A stretch of 63,132 nucleotides of DNA, the filler included, from Octopus bimaculoides (taxonomy: Eukaryota), in assembly GCF_001194135.2 (NCBI RefSeq). It is 5 parts of 5 records of this genome, joined end to end, with 100 filler letters (N's around TTAATTAATTAA, not from the genome) between each part and the next. Parts side by side here need not be neighbours in the genome. Positions count along the whole stretch, not along the records: positions 1 to 16,483 come from NC_068988.1; positions 16,584 to 31,132 come from NC_069008.1; 3 more parts are not named here. One strand, 5' to 3'. The translations under genes and the position numbers were made by a program. Below the pieces are notes generated by a model that saw nothing but the letters and a program-made list of their open reading frames with translations, was not told the origin of the DNA and searched no databases. Positions 12,321 to 24,750 of the stretch are shown piece by piece (the stretch's first letter is position 1; every line of letters starts with the position of its first letter).

Positions 12321-13229
12321 TATGATGACCAATCTAGGACCAGTGACACAGAGGAGGTAACCAATGACCACCACCACAGATGATGACCAAACCATTATCA
12401 ACGAAACTGATGGAGTGATCGGCACCTCCCATCACCATATGTTACCACCAGGTGCACCCACACTACCAGTAGCATAATCAATGCCAGCCATATGACCATG
12501 GTGATAGCAACCATGGAGATGGCAGACCTGTCAACACTGCTGGTTCACTGCGCCATAGCAACAACAACACTGGTGATACCAGCAACATCCCCATACCTGA
12601 ATCGCCTATATGCTAGAATCAAGTGGTCTGTGTTCAAATTGGACATTACTCTGAGTATGGATGCTTTTAGGGATTCGTTGGTGTTATAATGTTGCTCATA
12701 AACCTCTTTCTCAACTATGCTGGGGTACTAGAAGACCAAATATTGGAGGTTATGTGGTCATGAAAATTATCCACAATCTATTCCTGCATTGCTGTAACCT
12801 TGTGTGATGGTGCCTCGTCTTGTCAAAATATATAAGGTCTTTTATTGTGTACATTATCGATGCTATAGTTTAAACTAAAATTTTAAACGTTATACTAATA
12901 ACTAAGCATTTATTAGAAATAAGTCGCGTGAAGATATTGTGTAAAGAAAAAGAATAGAATAAAGAGATATAAAAACATGATGAAAGTTTTATTTATAAAA
13001 TCATGACTGAAAATTAAAATGTATATAACTTAAATCATAATAAAACAATTTATGGAACTTTAAAATCTAAGTAATTATAAATTCTAAAGAATAAGACTAA
13101 GATACATAAATTAAATAATATTTTCCAGTAAATTTTGTAATCGTTCAATGATCCTTTCGGTTAAATTAAATAATATATATGAAATAAGCTAAAATACTAT
13201 AATTAAATTAATTAATTAAAATATTTATA

Positions 13230-13727
13230 TGTGGCTGTGTGGTAAGTAGCTTGCTTACCAACCACATGGTTCCGGGTTCAGTCCCACTGCGTGGCATCTT
13301 GGGCAAATGTCTTCTACTATAGCCTCGGGCCGACCAAAGCCTTGTGAGTGGATTTGGTAGACGGAAACTGAAAGAAGCCCGTCGTATATATGTATATATA
13401 TATATATGTATATATTTCGTATGTGTATTTCGTGTGCAAGATTCTTGATGTGGATACGTGTGTTGAAAGAAATACAATTANNNNNNNNNNNNNNNNNNNN
13501 NNNNNNNNNNNNNNNNNNNNNNNNNNNNNNNNNNNNNNNNNNNNNNNNNNNNNNNNNNNNNNNNNNNNNNNNNNNNNNNNNNNNNNNNNNNNNNNNNNNN
13601 NNNNNNNNNNNNNNNNNNNNNNNNNNNNNNNNNNNNNNNNNNNNNNNNNNNNNNNNNNNNNNNNNNNNNNNNNNNNNNNNNNNNNNNNNNNNNNNNNNNN
13701 NNNNNNNNNNNNNNNNNNATATATATG

Positions 13728-13767
<40 letters not shown>

Positions 13768-13975
13768 TGTGTGTTTGTGTGTCTGTGTTTGTCCCCCTAG
13801 CATTGCTTGACAAACGATGCTGGTGTGTTTATGTCCCCGTCACTTAACGGTTCGGCAAAAGAGACCGATAGAATAAGTACTAGGCTTACAAAGAATAAGT
13901 CCCGGGTTCGATTTGCTCGACTAAAGGCGGTGCTCCAGCATGGCCGCAGTCAAATGACTGAAACAAGTAAAAGAG
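13230..13975 (+). mobile_element. Full SINE family A copy with an internal (AT)/(GT) microsatellite and gap
   Basis: Head 13230-13385 and tail 13780-13975 are well preserved; the microsatellite and N gap lie between them. Confidence 0.9.
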
Positions 13976-14205
13976 TATTAATTTTATAAAAATCATAGTG
14001 TCATTAAAATATTAATTCCTTAAACTTACTAAAAATATTAACGTACCAATAAATGCACAATTAATAAATATAAATCATAACTACTACAATTAGTAAAGTA
14101 GGAATAGTATACACACACACACATATATATATATGCATATATATATATGTGTATATATATACATATACATAAATATATATACACACATACACAGACACCC
14201 CTTCC

Positions 14206-14318
<113 letters not shown>

Positions 14319-14462
14319 GATTAAACAGCAGGGTAAAAAAATGGATATTAAATAATATCAATTTAATACCAGGGAACAAGCACATTAAAAGAATCAAGGA
14401 GATTCAGAAAAAATATCTGAGATCTCAAAGGATTATTGTGTATGTATATATAAAGTAGACCG

Positions 14463-14524
14463 TGAATGAAGAACGTACACATAGTTCTGTTAATTAACAG
14501 AACCATGTGCACGTTCTTCATTCA
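14463..14524. repeat. 62-bp near-perfect palindrome centred on TTAATTAA
   Basis: Arms of 31 bp (14463-14493 and 14494-14524) with two mismatches and no spacer. Confidence 0.95.
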
Positions 14525-14571
14525 TGGGGAACAACTAGTATATGATTCTGGGAATTATATTTATTTGGCAG

Positions 14572-14635
14572 TCCGTACTGATGAAAAACAGATATTTTCG
14601 GTAAGGAAATATTAATTTCGAAACTGGTTTGCGGA
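14572..14635 (+). ncRNA. Minimal type I hammerhead ribozyme motif (PLE-type)
   Basis: Stem I TCCGTA/TGCGGA, core CTGATGA (14578-14584), bulged stem II, GAAA (14620-14623), short stem III AC-TG-GT, cleavage triplet GUU. Confidence 0.7.
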
Positions 14636-15214
14636 TAATTTTGTATGTATTTATGTAATTTTCACTTATCTTGCTCGTATACGTTTTGTTGCTTCGCTAA
14701 ATTTCCTTTAAGAACAATTCGGTCTTAGTAGACAGTCTTAGTAGACGCATTACATGTGATCTTCTTCTAGCACATTAACAGTCCACCTAGTGGTCCCCTT
14801 TATATATATANNNNNNNNNNNNNNNNNNNNNNNNNNNNNNNNNNNNNNNNNNNNNNNNNNNNNNNNNNNNNNNNNNNNNNNNNNNNNNNNNNNNNNNNNN
14901 NNNNNNNNNNNNNNNNNNNNNNNNNNNNNNNNNNNNNNNNNNNNNNNNNNNNNNNNNNNNNNNNNNNNNNNTTATTACATAAATAATGTAATTTATGTCT
15001 ACATTTAATTTTTCATTCAACAAAAGAATTAATCAAATTATTATAATTATTTAATAATATCTCCTTAAATTCATTAGTACACTACTTACAAAAATTATTA
15101 CCTATACAATAGGATTTAACCTTACAAAATGTACTTAATATTTTTAGATTTAAGTTCCCAAATATATTTACTAAGGCCAGTAGAATTAATCAAATTTCTA
15201 TTCTTACAAAGCAA

Positions 15215-15760
15215 ACAGGGCGAACAAGTGGTATAAAACCAACAAATATTAAGGAGTGATGTTTGTAGAGGCTACAGCCCATGGAGAACTAGCCTGTAGA
15301 TTTAGAAAAGCTCTGAAGGAGACCAAATTCAACATTATAGTTGTTGAAAAGCCAGGGAACTCCGTCAGATCACAATTATGTAGGACGTACCCCTTTGAGA
15401 ATACTATATGCACCAATGATAACTGCATGGTATGTAGGATTAGCCCTGGCATTAACTATAGAACTAAAAATGTAGTTTAAAGCATAAGATGCATAGAAGG
15501 TTCTTGTAAAGACATGAACATGACATACATAGGAGAGACATCTAGGAGCATTGCGGAACAACTAAATGAACATTTGAGACAATATGACGACAAAAACAGT
15601 CCTCCATACTCTACTTACATGCCAAGTACCAACATGGAGACAACCTGGGTCAACTTGACATCCGCATCTTATCCAAGCACCCAAAGGACCCAACACTCAG
15701 ACAAATACAGGAGTACGTCCTCATAAATGAAACTTCCCCAATACTAAATAGGAAATATAC
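15215..15760 (+). mobile_element. Penelope-like element 3' fragment (GIY-YIG endonuclease), second family
   Basis: WYKTNKY.GVMFVEATAHGEL, C..C..C..RTKNVV, TYIGETSRSIAEQLNEHLRQ. Confidence 0.85.
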
Positions 15761-16483
15761 ATATTAGATAGCATACCCCCATACCCATAGTTTACACAGG
15801 TAGAGTAGAATAGTTAGTGGGCTGTTATGTATGTATGTATATATATGTATATATGTGTGTGCGTGTGGGTGTATGTATATATATGTATATGCACATGTAT
15901 GTAAGCTTATGGATATGAAAGCAAACAGATCAACATACAGGTGGATAGGTACACAGGTTATATGAACAGACAAGCACACATACACACACATACACATGAA
16001 CATATATACACACACACTTTACTTCACGCAAGGACACATATGGAGACACATGTCCACATATATGGAGATACACATCCATACATACAAACATGGTACATAG
16101 TTGCAAAACACACAAACACACACCCACTCAGACATGTACACACAAGGAGACAGAGATACACTCACACACATGTAAACACGAACACATACATGAAAACACA
16201 CAAACACGGACACGCAAACACATATGCAGAATACATACATAGAAATGTACACATATACATACATATATAGATATGCACACACACACACACACACACATAC
16301 ATGCATACACACACGTGCATACATACATACATACATACATACATACATGCATGTGTATGCACACAAACAAACAATAAGTACGCAGTGTGAATAATGGACA
16401 GAGTCAAATATTTTGAAAAGGTTGCGGGACGCAACGAAAACTTTAGAAAAATAAAGAAGGAAATGAGTGGAAATGTTACGGAT

Positions 16484-16583
16484 NNNNNNNNNNNNNNNNN
16501 NNNNNNNNNNNNNNNNNNNNNNNNNNNTTAATTAATTAANNNNNNNNNNNNNNNNNNNNNNNNNNNNNNNNNNNNNNNNNNNN
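16484..16583. other. Assembly join: 44 N + TTAATTAATTAA + 44 N
   Basis: The same 100-bp layout recurs four times; the 12-mer gives stop codons in all six frames. Confidence 0.95.
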
Positions 16584-18262
16584 GTAATACGGGTGACTAG
16601 GCTATAGCCGACACTGCCAGATATTTTGAGCATCTCTGCAGTGATTCCTGATGGGCCGGGGGCTTTCCCTGTCTTCATACTCTTAATTGCTTTATCTACC
16701 ATGGTACTGTCAACTCGGATAGCTGGTCCCTCTGTTGGGTCGACATACGGCAGACTCTCTTTCTCCAATTCATTCTCTTTATTAAGCAATCTATCATAGT
16801 GGCATCTCCAGACCTCTTTCTTTGCAGCCTCATTTAGTGCAAGCGTACCATCATCCATGCGAACACATTTCTCTCCTACGACATCACTATTCTCTCTCTT
16901 TGCAACACGAAATACCTCAAGTTTTTGGTCCTCACGGCGCAGAACATTGGCAAATTTTTTCTTATCTTCCTCCCCTCTGGCTAAATAAACCTGTCGCCTA
17001 GCTTCCTTTCTGGCAGATTGGTACAATTCCCTGCTACCACCGTTCTTGCAGTCCTTCCAAGCCTGTTTCTTTTGTCTAATAGCCCTGTCTACCTCCTGTT
17101 TCCACCACCAGGTTATTTTGGGTCGAGAAGGGACCTTGCACCAACCACAGATCTCGTTGGTGGCCCTCAGCAGGTTGTCCCGTAGAAACGTCCAGTTGTT
17201 CTCTACATTGTGTGAAGCTACATCCCCCTCTATTTCGTCGAAGGCTTCGAGTAATAAGTCTCTAAATCTCTGTCCATTCGCAGGATCTTTGAGCTTCCAT
17301 ACCCTTCTCCGCCAAGCTGGTCGTCTTCTTGGCGGCCACTTAGCTCTGATCCTAAAGTCACTAACTACTAGTCTATGTTGTGGGGTACATTCTTCACCTG
17401 GGAATATTTTGATATTTCTAAGCAGCCATCTTTCCCTTTTCCTGGCGAGGATGTAGTCAATTTGGCTTGTGTGCCTGCCAGAACGGTAGGTGACTGGCAG
17501 GTTTCCTGAAGTTAGTATTGCAGACCATAAGGTCATTTGCATCACAGAACTCCAGCAGCCTGGTTCCCTCCTCATTGCAGGAACCAAAACCATAGCCTCC
17601 ATGTACGCCATAGAAGCCCCCTGAATGTTGTCCAACATGACCATTGAAGTCACCAGCCACAAAGAGAAGGTCCCTGTCATTCGTCGATGAGGTAGTCTGC
17701 AGAAGGGTGTCATAAAATTGGTCTTTCTGTCTGTTGGGTAGCCCAGGCCAAGATAATGGTTGCTAAACCATGGTGTAGGACTAATCTAATCCTAAGTATT
17801 CTATCGCATACTCTAACCACCTCGATTACCTTATCCACCCATTTCTCTGCAAGAAGTATACCCACGCCCCTGACCCCGTGTGTGTTTCTTGCCCAGAAAA
17901 TCTTGTACCTGTGTTCTTTGCCTGTGAGGAGCCTAGCAGAACAACCTCTCCACCTTACTTCTTGGAAGCAGCAGATATCGACACGTTTCCATTCAAGCAT
18001 CTCAACAATCTCACCAGATCTACCTTTCAGTGTGCCAACGTTAAGATTGCCAACCCTGAGGGTGTGGGGGGTATGGACCCGTGAGACCTTGGAGCGGGGA
18101 ACGGCAGCGACATGTACCTGAAAAGAAAGCTCGCATTTTGCAGAGAACATAATCAGTAGCATTCCTTTCAGCCAGCATCCACTATACTATCGTATTATGC
18201 ACCATATGATCTCTACCTTACATAGGGGGATAAAACCCAAAGTGGGGGTGGGAAATCTTTAG
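16584..18262 (-). mobile_element. RTE-clade LINE 5' part (APE endonuclease and start of RT), cut by the join
   Basis: LRVGNLNVGTLKGRS, VDICCFQEVRWRG, GVGILLAEKW, AGDFNGHVG, SQIDYIL, QHRLVVSDF and MKTGKAPGPSGITAEMLK, with frameshifts. Confidence 0.95.
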
Positions 18263-18528
18263 AAGTGTTCATGGGGGACAGTCATGGTACTNNNNNNNNN
18301 NNNNNNNNNNNNNNNNNNNNNNNNNNNNNNNNNNNNNNNNNNNNNNNNNNNNNNNNNNNNNNNNNNNNNNNNNNNNNNNNNNNNNNNNNNNNNNNNNNNN
18401 NNNNNNNNNNNNNNNNNNNNNNNNNNNNNNNNNNNNNNNNNNNNNNNNNNNNNNNNNGGAGTTAATCAAAGGGGAATGAGAAGATATATAGAGAGTGGGA
18501 TCGAGATATATTTATTTATTTATTTGTG

Positions 18529-18574
<46 letters not shown>

Positions 18575-19809
18575 ATAAACAATTAAGGCAAAAAATAGAA
18601 AATCGAATCTTTGAGAAATTCTATTACTCAAAACAACCGTTTTGACCCATCCTGAGTGGGATACTGAGTTGGATACTGTTTAACTGGTTGTGGTGCATCC
18701 CTCAGTGCAGAAGCATCTCATCAAGTGATTTTACAAGGGGTGTCTCATTAAATAAACCCTGTTTTAATACAGCATGTTGTTAGTGACCATTGGTTTAAAC
18801 CGTTGTGCAGAAGAGAGAATAAACAACAAGTTTTAGCATAACTCAACTTACATCGATAATAGGTTCCAAGACATGTGACTTAATTTGAAAAATGATATAA
18901 CACAAAAAATTGTTTTTAAAACTTAATTAGTTTATATCTGTTTTAGTAAATGGTTTGTGTATGTACATGTATAAAGACACACACAAACCTGTGTATCTAT
19001 AGACATTATATCAGAAGTCCTTGTTCTTCTTCATTAATTTATCTAAGATCATATGTCCTTTCTGTTAGCATGCCTTCCTTCCATTGCTTCACTACACCTT
19101 ACTCTTATTATTCTCTCTACAATTATGATTCAATATAAAAACATACCTTAACTTCATTTCAAGTTAAGTCTTTTTCAACAATACATTTTTTTATTTTTAC
19201 ATTTATGTATTTCTGTTACAAGATTCCTGATATGAAAATCGTGTGTTGGAACAAATATTGTTATACTTCGGGATGGTCATTTTTTTTTTTATTCCTTGCC
19301 AAATAAACACACACACTATATATTCATTCTTTACTTGTTTATTATTATTCTTATTTTATGTCCATTGTCTGGAAGTCTTTCATCACACACCTGTGACCTT
19401 CAATGGCTCTCCATCCCATGTGTCTCCTCTAGTGTTTAGTCCATTCTGTCTTCAGAACAAATATATCATGCATGAGTTTATTTGGCAAGGGAAAAGAAAT
19501 TACCATCCTGAAATATTAAAAAAAAATTTATTTTTTTAAAAATAGACCTCAGCTTCAGTAGATTTTTATGACTTTACATTGGTCTCAGTGAATATAGAAA
19601 TTTTTAAAATACTTCTAAAAATCAATACAGAAGAGGAAAATCAAATGAAATATACATGTGAAAATGTGTACAAACCATTTATTAAAACATATATTTTAAT
19701 TAATTTTTTAAATTGATCTTTTGTATTACATCATTTTTCAAGTTAAGTCACATCTCTTGGAACCTATTATCGACCCAAGTTGAGATATGCTAGTACTTGT
19801 TTCTTACTC

Positions 19810-19827
19810 TCTCTCTCTCTCTCTCTT

Positions 19828-19888
<61 letters not shown>
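19810..19888. repeat. (CT)n/(TCTA)n microsatellite
   Basis: Direct observation. Confidence 0.95.
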
Positions 19889-20264
19889 TTGCATCACAGC
19901 TCATACCACACTGTCTCTTTCTCTGGTTTCTCCTTCCCTCAACCTTCCATTGCCCCTCTTTTCTTCCTCTCTCTCTCTCTCCTACCTGTATTAAACATGA
20001 CCTTTTTATATGTATTTTTACGTTTATTCAAATATTTCTTTGATATCATTTTCTATAAACATTTTTTTAAAAATTTGAATGCATGTTTATTCATGTACAA
20101 AGTCAAATGTAACTTGTATGCATGTTTTGGTATTTGTATGTATGTGCATGCATGTGTAAGAAAATAGATATGAAAGTATGTGTGTAGGTTTCCATGTATG
20201 AATATACGTGTGTGTGTGTGTGGGTGTTTACATATAGAAGAGTGTGTATGTTTATATATATCAT

Positions 20265-21665
20265 CATCATCATCATTTAACCTCCGCTTCCCATGCTAGC
20301 ATGGGTTGGACGATTTGACTGAGGACTGGCAAACCAGATGGCTGTACCAGGCTCCAATCTGATCTGGCAGAGTTTCTACAGCTGGATGTCATTCCTAACG
20401 CCAACCACTCAAAGAGTGTAGTGGGTACTTTTACATGTCACCAGCACGAGGGCCAGTCAGGCGGTACTGGCAACGACCACGCTCAAATGGTGTTTTTTAC
20501 ATGCTACTTGTACAGGAGCCAGTCCAGCGGCATTGGCAACGACCTTGCTCGAATGTTTTTTCATGTACCACCAGCACAAGTGCCAGTGAGGCGATGCTGG
20601 TAACGATCATGCTCAAATGGTGCCATTTATGTGCCACTGGCATGGAAGCCACGCAGCTGTTCTGGCAATGATCACGCTTGGATGGTGCTGTTAGCGCTCC
20701 CCCTTGGCACGGGTGCCAGTAATCGAATTTGGTTCAATTTCGATTTCAATTTCACTTGCCTCAACAGATCTTCACAAGCAGAGTTTAGTGTCCAATGAAG
20801 GAAAGGTACGCATAAGTGGGCTGGCTACATCCCTGGCAAAGGCCACATATTATGGTCTCACTTGTCTTGCCAGGTCTTCTGACGCACAGCATATTTCCAA
20901 AGGGCTCAGTCACTAGTCATTGCCTCAGTGAGGCCTAATGTTTGAAGGTCGTGCTTCACCACCTCATCCCAGGTCTTCCTGGGTCTACCCCTTCCACAGG
21001 TTCCCTCAACTGCTAGAGTGTGGCACTTTTTCACACAGCTATCCTCATCCATTCTCACCACATGACCATACCAGCGCAATCGTCTCTCTTGCACACCACA
21101 ACTGATGCTGCTTAGGTTCAACTTTTCTCTCAAGGTACTTACACTCTGTCGAGTATACACACTGACATTACACATCCATCAGAACATACTGGCTTCATTT
21201 CTTGTGAGCTTACGCACGTCCTCAGCAGTCATGGCCCATGTTTCACTGCCATGTAGCATGGTCGTTCGTACACATGTGTCATACAGTCTGCCTTTTACTC
21301 TGGGTGAGAGGGCCTTTGTCGCCAGCAGAGGTAAGAGCTCTCTGAACTTTGCCCAGGCTATTCTTATTCTAGCAGCTACACTTTCAGCACACCCTCCCCC
21401 ACTACTGACTTGGTCACCTAGGTAATGGGAGCTACCAACTACTTCTAGCTTTTCTGGAATGTGGCAGAAGTTGTTTCCTGTTTGTTTACAGTGTTTATTG
21501 CTCCTGAGCACCTGTCACATATAAAAACTACCTTCCCAGTTAGCCTTCCTTTGATATTGCTGCACTTCTTATGTGTTCATAGCTTACACTGTACGTCTTA
21601 TAGAGTTTCTACCTATGCCTTTTCAACAGATCGAGCAGGGCCATCTACCTGAAGGGGTTTGTGGT
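20265..21665 (-). mobile_element. RTE-clade LINE 3' part with complete 3' UTR and (GAT)n tail
   Basis: LEVVGSSHYLGDQVSSGGGC, AWAKFRELLPLL, MLHGSETW, RRLRWYGHVVRM and GRGRPRKTW. The 3' UTR 20905-20265 contains ~65-bp tandem units and ends in (GAT)n. Confidence 0.94.
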
Positions 21666-21724
21666 TTTTNNNNNNNNNNNNNNNNNNNNNNNNNNNNNNN
21701 NNNNNNNNNNNNNNNNNNATATAT

Positions 21725-21880
21725 ATATATCATCATTTAACATCTGTTATCCACACTGACATGGGTTGGATGGTTTGACCAGGGTTGGAAAGCTGGAAGG
21801 CTGCACCAGACTCCAGTCTGATATGGCTGGATGCTCTTCCTAATGCCAACCACTCTGAGAGTGTAACGGGTGCTTTTATG
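21725..21880 (-). mobile_element. RTE 3'-UTR-derived short repeat (family C)
   Basis: Homologous to 20265-20430 (GGTTGGCATTAGGAAGAGCATCCAG...CCAACCCATG...(GAT)n). Confidence 0.8.
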
Positions 21881-21896
21881 ATATATATATATATAT

Positions 21897-22110
21897 GTTT
21901 TATCTTTTACTTGTTTCAATCACTTGACTGTGGCCATGCTGGGGCACCACCTTGAAGGGTTTTAATCGAAAAATTCAACCCCAAGAATTTTTTTTAAGCC
22001 TGATACTTATTCTATCAGTCTCTTTTGCCAAACCACTAAGTTACAAGGATATAAATACACCAACACCAGTTGCAAAGCAGTGGTGGGGACAAACACAGAC
22101 ACAAAGACAC
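21897..22110 (-). mobile_element. SINE family A 3' half
   Basis: Reverse complement of the family A tail. Confidence 0.8.
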
Positions 22111-22329
22111 ATACATAGATATTTATATATATACATATATATACACTGACACACACACACACACACACATACACACACACATTCACATCTATGTATATGT
22201 GTATGTATGTCTATACACACATGTATTTATATATATGTATACATTTAATTTTAAAATTTTTTTAATTGTGTTTTTCAAGTATTTATTGTATATGTATTTA
22301 TTTTTTCTTTCCATCTTTTTATTCCACAG

Positions 22330-22472
22330 ACTGATAAATTACGTATACAACGAGATTATGATGATAAAGTGGAGAAAATCACATCTCGCTATGAGGAGAG
22401 AATCACAGAACTTCATAGCGTCATCGCTGAGCTACGCAAAAAAATTGATAGACACAACATAAATATTATAAG
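22330..22472 (+). CDS. MCC: MCC (colorectal mutant cancer protein) internal coding exon: TDKLRIQRDYDDKVEKITSRYEERITELHSVIAELRKKIDRHNINII(R)
   Basis: Acceptor ttttattccacAG (22328-22329), donor GTACTG (22473). The peptide matches the recalled MCC motif RYEERITELHSVIAELNKKIDR. Phase 0 start, phase 2 end. Confidence 0.92.
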
Positions 22473-22597
22473 GTACTGGTACAAACATTATTATCATTCT
22501 CATCTAGTCTTATTGCTGGTGCTTTTGAAAACCCCCCAGTTCAATCAGGGTCCACCAGATCTATCATCACAGCTGTTCCAGCTCTGATCAACATCAT

Positions 22598-22800
22598 CAT
22601 CATCATCAGTGTCATTTAATTTTTGTTTTTCCTGTTGGCATGGGTTGGACAGCTTGACAAGAACTGGCAAGGTTAGGGGCTGCACCAGATTTCATTGTCT
22701 GTTTGGCTTGGTTTCTATGCCAACCACTCTACAGCGGCAGCAGTGCTTTTTACATGGCACCAGCACCAGTGCTCTTTAGATGGCACCATGGTTTTTTTTA
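22598..22800 (-). mobile_element. Family C (RTE 3' UTR) copy, degenerate
   Basis: (CAT)n followed by GGCATGGGTTGGACAG...GGCTGCACCAG...GCCAACCACTCT. Confidence 0.7.
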
Positions 22801-22809
22801 TATCAGTTC

Positions 22810-23327
22810 TGTTGTGGTGTTCCCTATGCAACACATTGTCACAAAGACAATATATAATGCCATTCGGAAAAAAGGCTTTCCTGAAGTAAATATAGAGACT
22901 ACCTCTGTTATTGAATACATACACAAACATCAACAAAGGAATACAAGTAGAACATTCCCATCAAAACATCTGTCAAGTTTAAACATAACAGGCTGGATAT
23001 TGTTATTTGGGATAGACAAAACTTATGTATTATCATAGAGTTCAGCTGTCCTGATGATGTGAATATCTCTTTGAAAATCAAAGAGAAAGAGGATAACTAT
23101 GGACAACTACTTTTAAACTTCCAGCTTCTATATCTAGATTCTATATCATACTTATACTACAAATAATAATTGGTGCACTTGGTTTTGCGAGTAAATGTGT
23201 AAGTGATGATATGGATAACCAAGGTTCTTCAGAAAAAGAAATCAGCCAGCTAACTCACACATTACAAATACAATCTGTAAGTTGAATAGTAAAAGTATGC
23301 AGGACTTTTGTCAAGTTTAAGATGTGA
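22810..23327 (+). mobile_element. 3' fragment of a second RLE-type non-LTR retrotransposon
   Basis: HNIVTKTIYNAI...KHNRLDIVIWDRQNLCIIIEFSCPDDVNISLKIKEKEDNY...IIIGALG...VKVCRTFVKF-stop, an RPD..E..K endonuclease pattern with frameshifts. Confidence 0.78.
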
Positions 23328-23826
23328 CATTATTTTTGTTATCATTATTAGAAACCAGCTCCTTCCTCATAGCAAGAATTTAAATAACTAAAAACAGAAG
23401 AGAACATACATGCATGCACATTTACTCACACATGCATGCACGCACATGCACACACACACACAATTCGTCTTCTGCTTCAAGTGTTATAGATGCCCTTGTT
23501 AGCCTCAGTTTAGTGAAGAGATTTTATGAGCAAATGCATTCCAAGTGCCTACCCCATTCCAGTAAGGAAATGTTGGCCTACGTTATTGAATATGTATTTA
23601 AGATGGTGCAGCATGATTTGTAGATGTAGCAGTTGTTCTAAGTATTATTTAGCTACTACATAGAAGTCTCTATCTAAATACCAGCCACTTAATAGTGTAC
23701 AGGATGCTGTTTGCATGACACAGCACTAGCGAGGTCACCAGGTAATTCATGAAAGAGGACCCTCTTGATGGAGTGGGAATGCAGAATTAAGGGAAGTGAC
23801 TTTGTGCCAGGTATGAGCATCTAAAG

Positions 23827-24065
23827 CAAGGTTTCTCAACCATTATTTACCTATGGGGCCCTTTGATTCCTGTTTTACTCAGATGGACTCTCATAGCCAT
23901 TCTATGTTAAAAAAAATCATATATTTTTATAATGAAATTTCATTAAGAATTGCACAGAAGAATTGTTAAAATATGTTGTATATTGTAGAAGTATAACCAA
24001 TTTATTGCAGAGAAATCTTAATAACAAAATCTTATAAGGACCCCCAAAATCCACATGGATCACTG
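23827..24065. mobile_element. hAT (Charlie-like) MITE, 239 bp
   Basis: Perfect 8-bp TSD ATCTAAAG (23819-23826 and 24066-24073); termini CAAGGTTTCTCAACC ... GGATCACTG. Confidence 0.85.
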
Positions 24066-24750
24066 ATCTAAAGCATGGGGGATCGGAACAGATATTTTTT
24101 TGTTGTCATCACATCATATAACATCCATCTTCCATGCTGGCATAGGTTGAAGTATTTGACAAAAGCTAGGCAAGCTAGAGAGCTGTACTAGGTTCCATTA
24201 TCTATTTTGGCATAATTTCTATGGCTGTAGAGGAGACATATGGCTACCTCAGCAGGAGAAGGTAAAAAGATGGCGGAAATGAGGTCAGAGCATAGAAGAT
24301 GAATAAAAGGAAATAGAGACAAAGAATTGAAGATGGCTGGGTGGGTAGGTTCATATAAGAATGTGAAAGCAGAGTAATAGACAGTAGAGATGAGGATGGA
24401 GGTGAACGTAGTGAATGATAAACATGGATAGGGGAGTGAATAAAGAAGGATGAGGTAATAGGAGGTGATACATAAAGGTGAACTGGAGACAAGAGTCTAA
24501 TAAAACCACAGACAGCCGAGAAATAAGAAGATGAAATAAAGTGTGGTGGGGCAAAGAAGACACACACAGGGTGGATATATTGGGTTACAATGAAAGGGGT
24601 TATCTACTCTACTCCCCTCAAACTAGTCCCAGCTGAGTACTAGCAAATCTCTCTCTCTCTCTCTCTCTCTCTCATCCTGGATGTACCACTGGATCTGCGG
24701 ATGAGGGAGTTAACAGTGTGTCAAGGTCTACTTACACCTACTAGACACCT

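Noticed and set aside
19380-19520. Minus-strand TTTCAG|GATGG resembling the last PEDS1 exon start (GW...)
   Set aside because: An immediate stop in that frame and no match to NYPLE..FW..LE.
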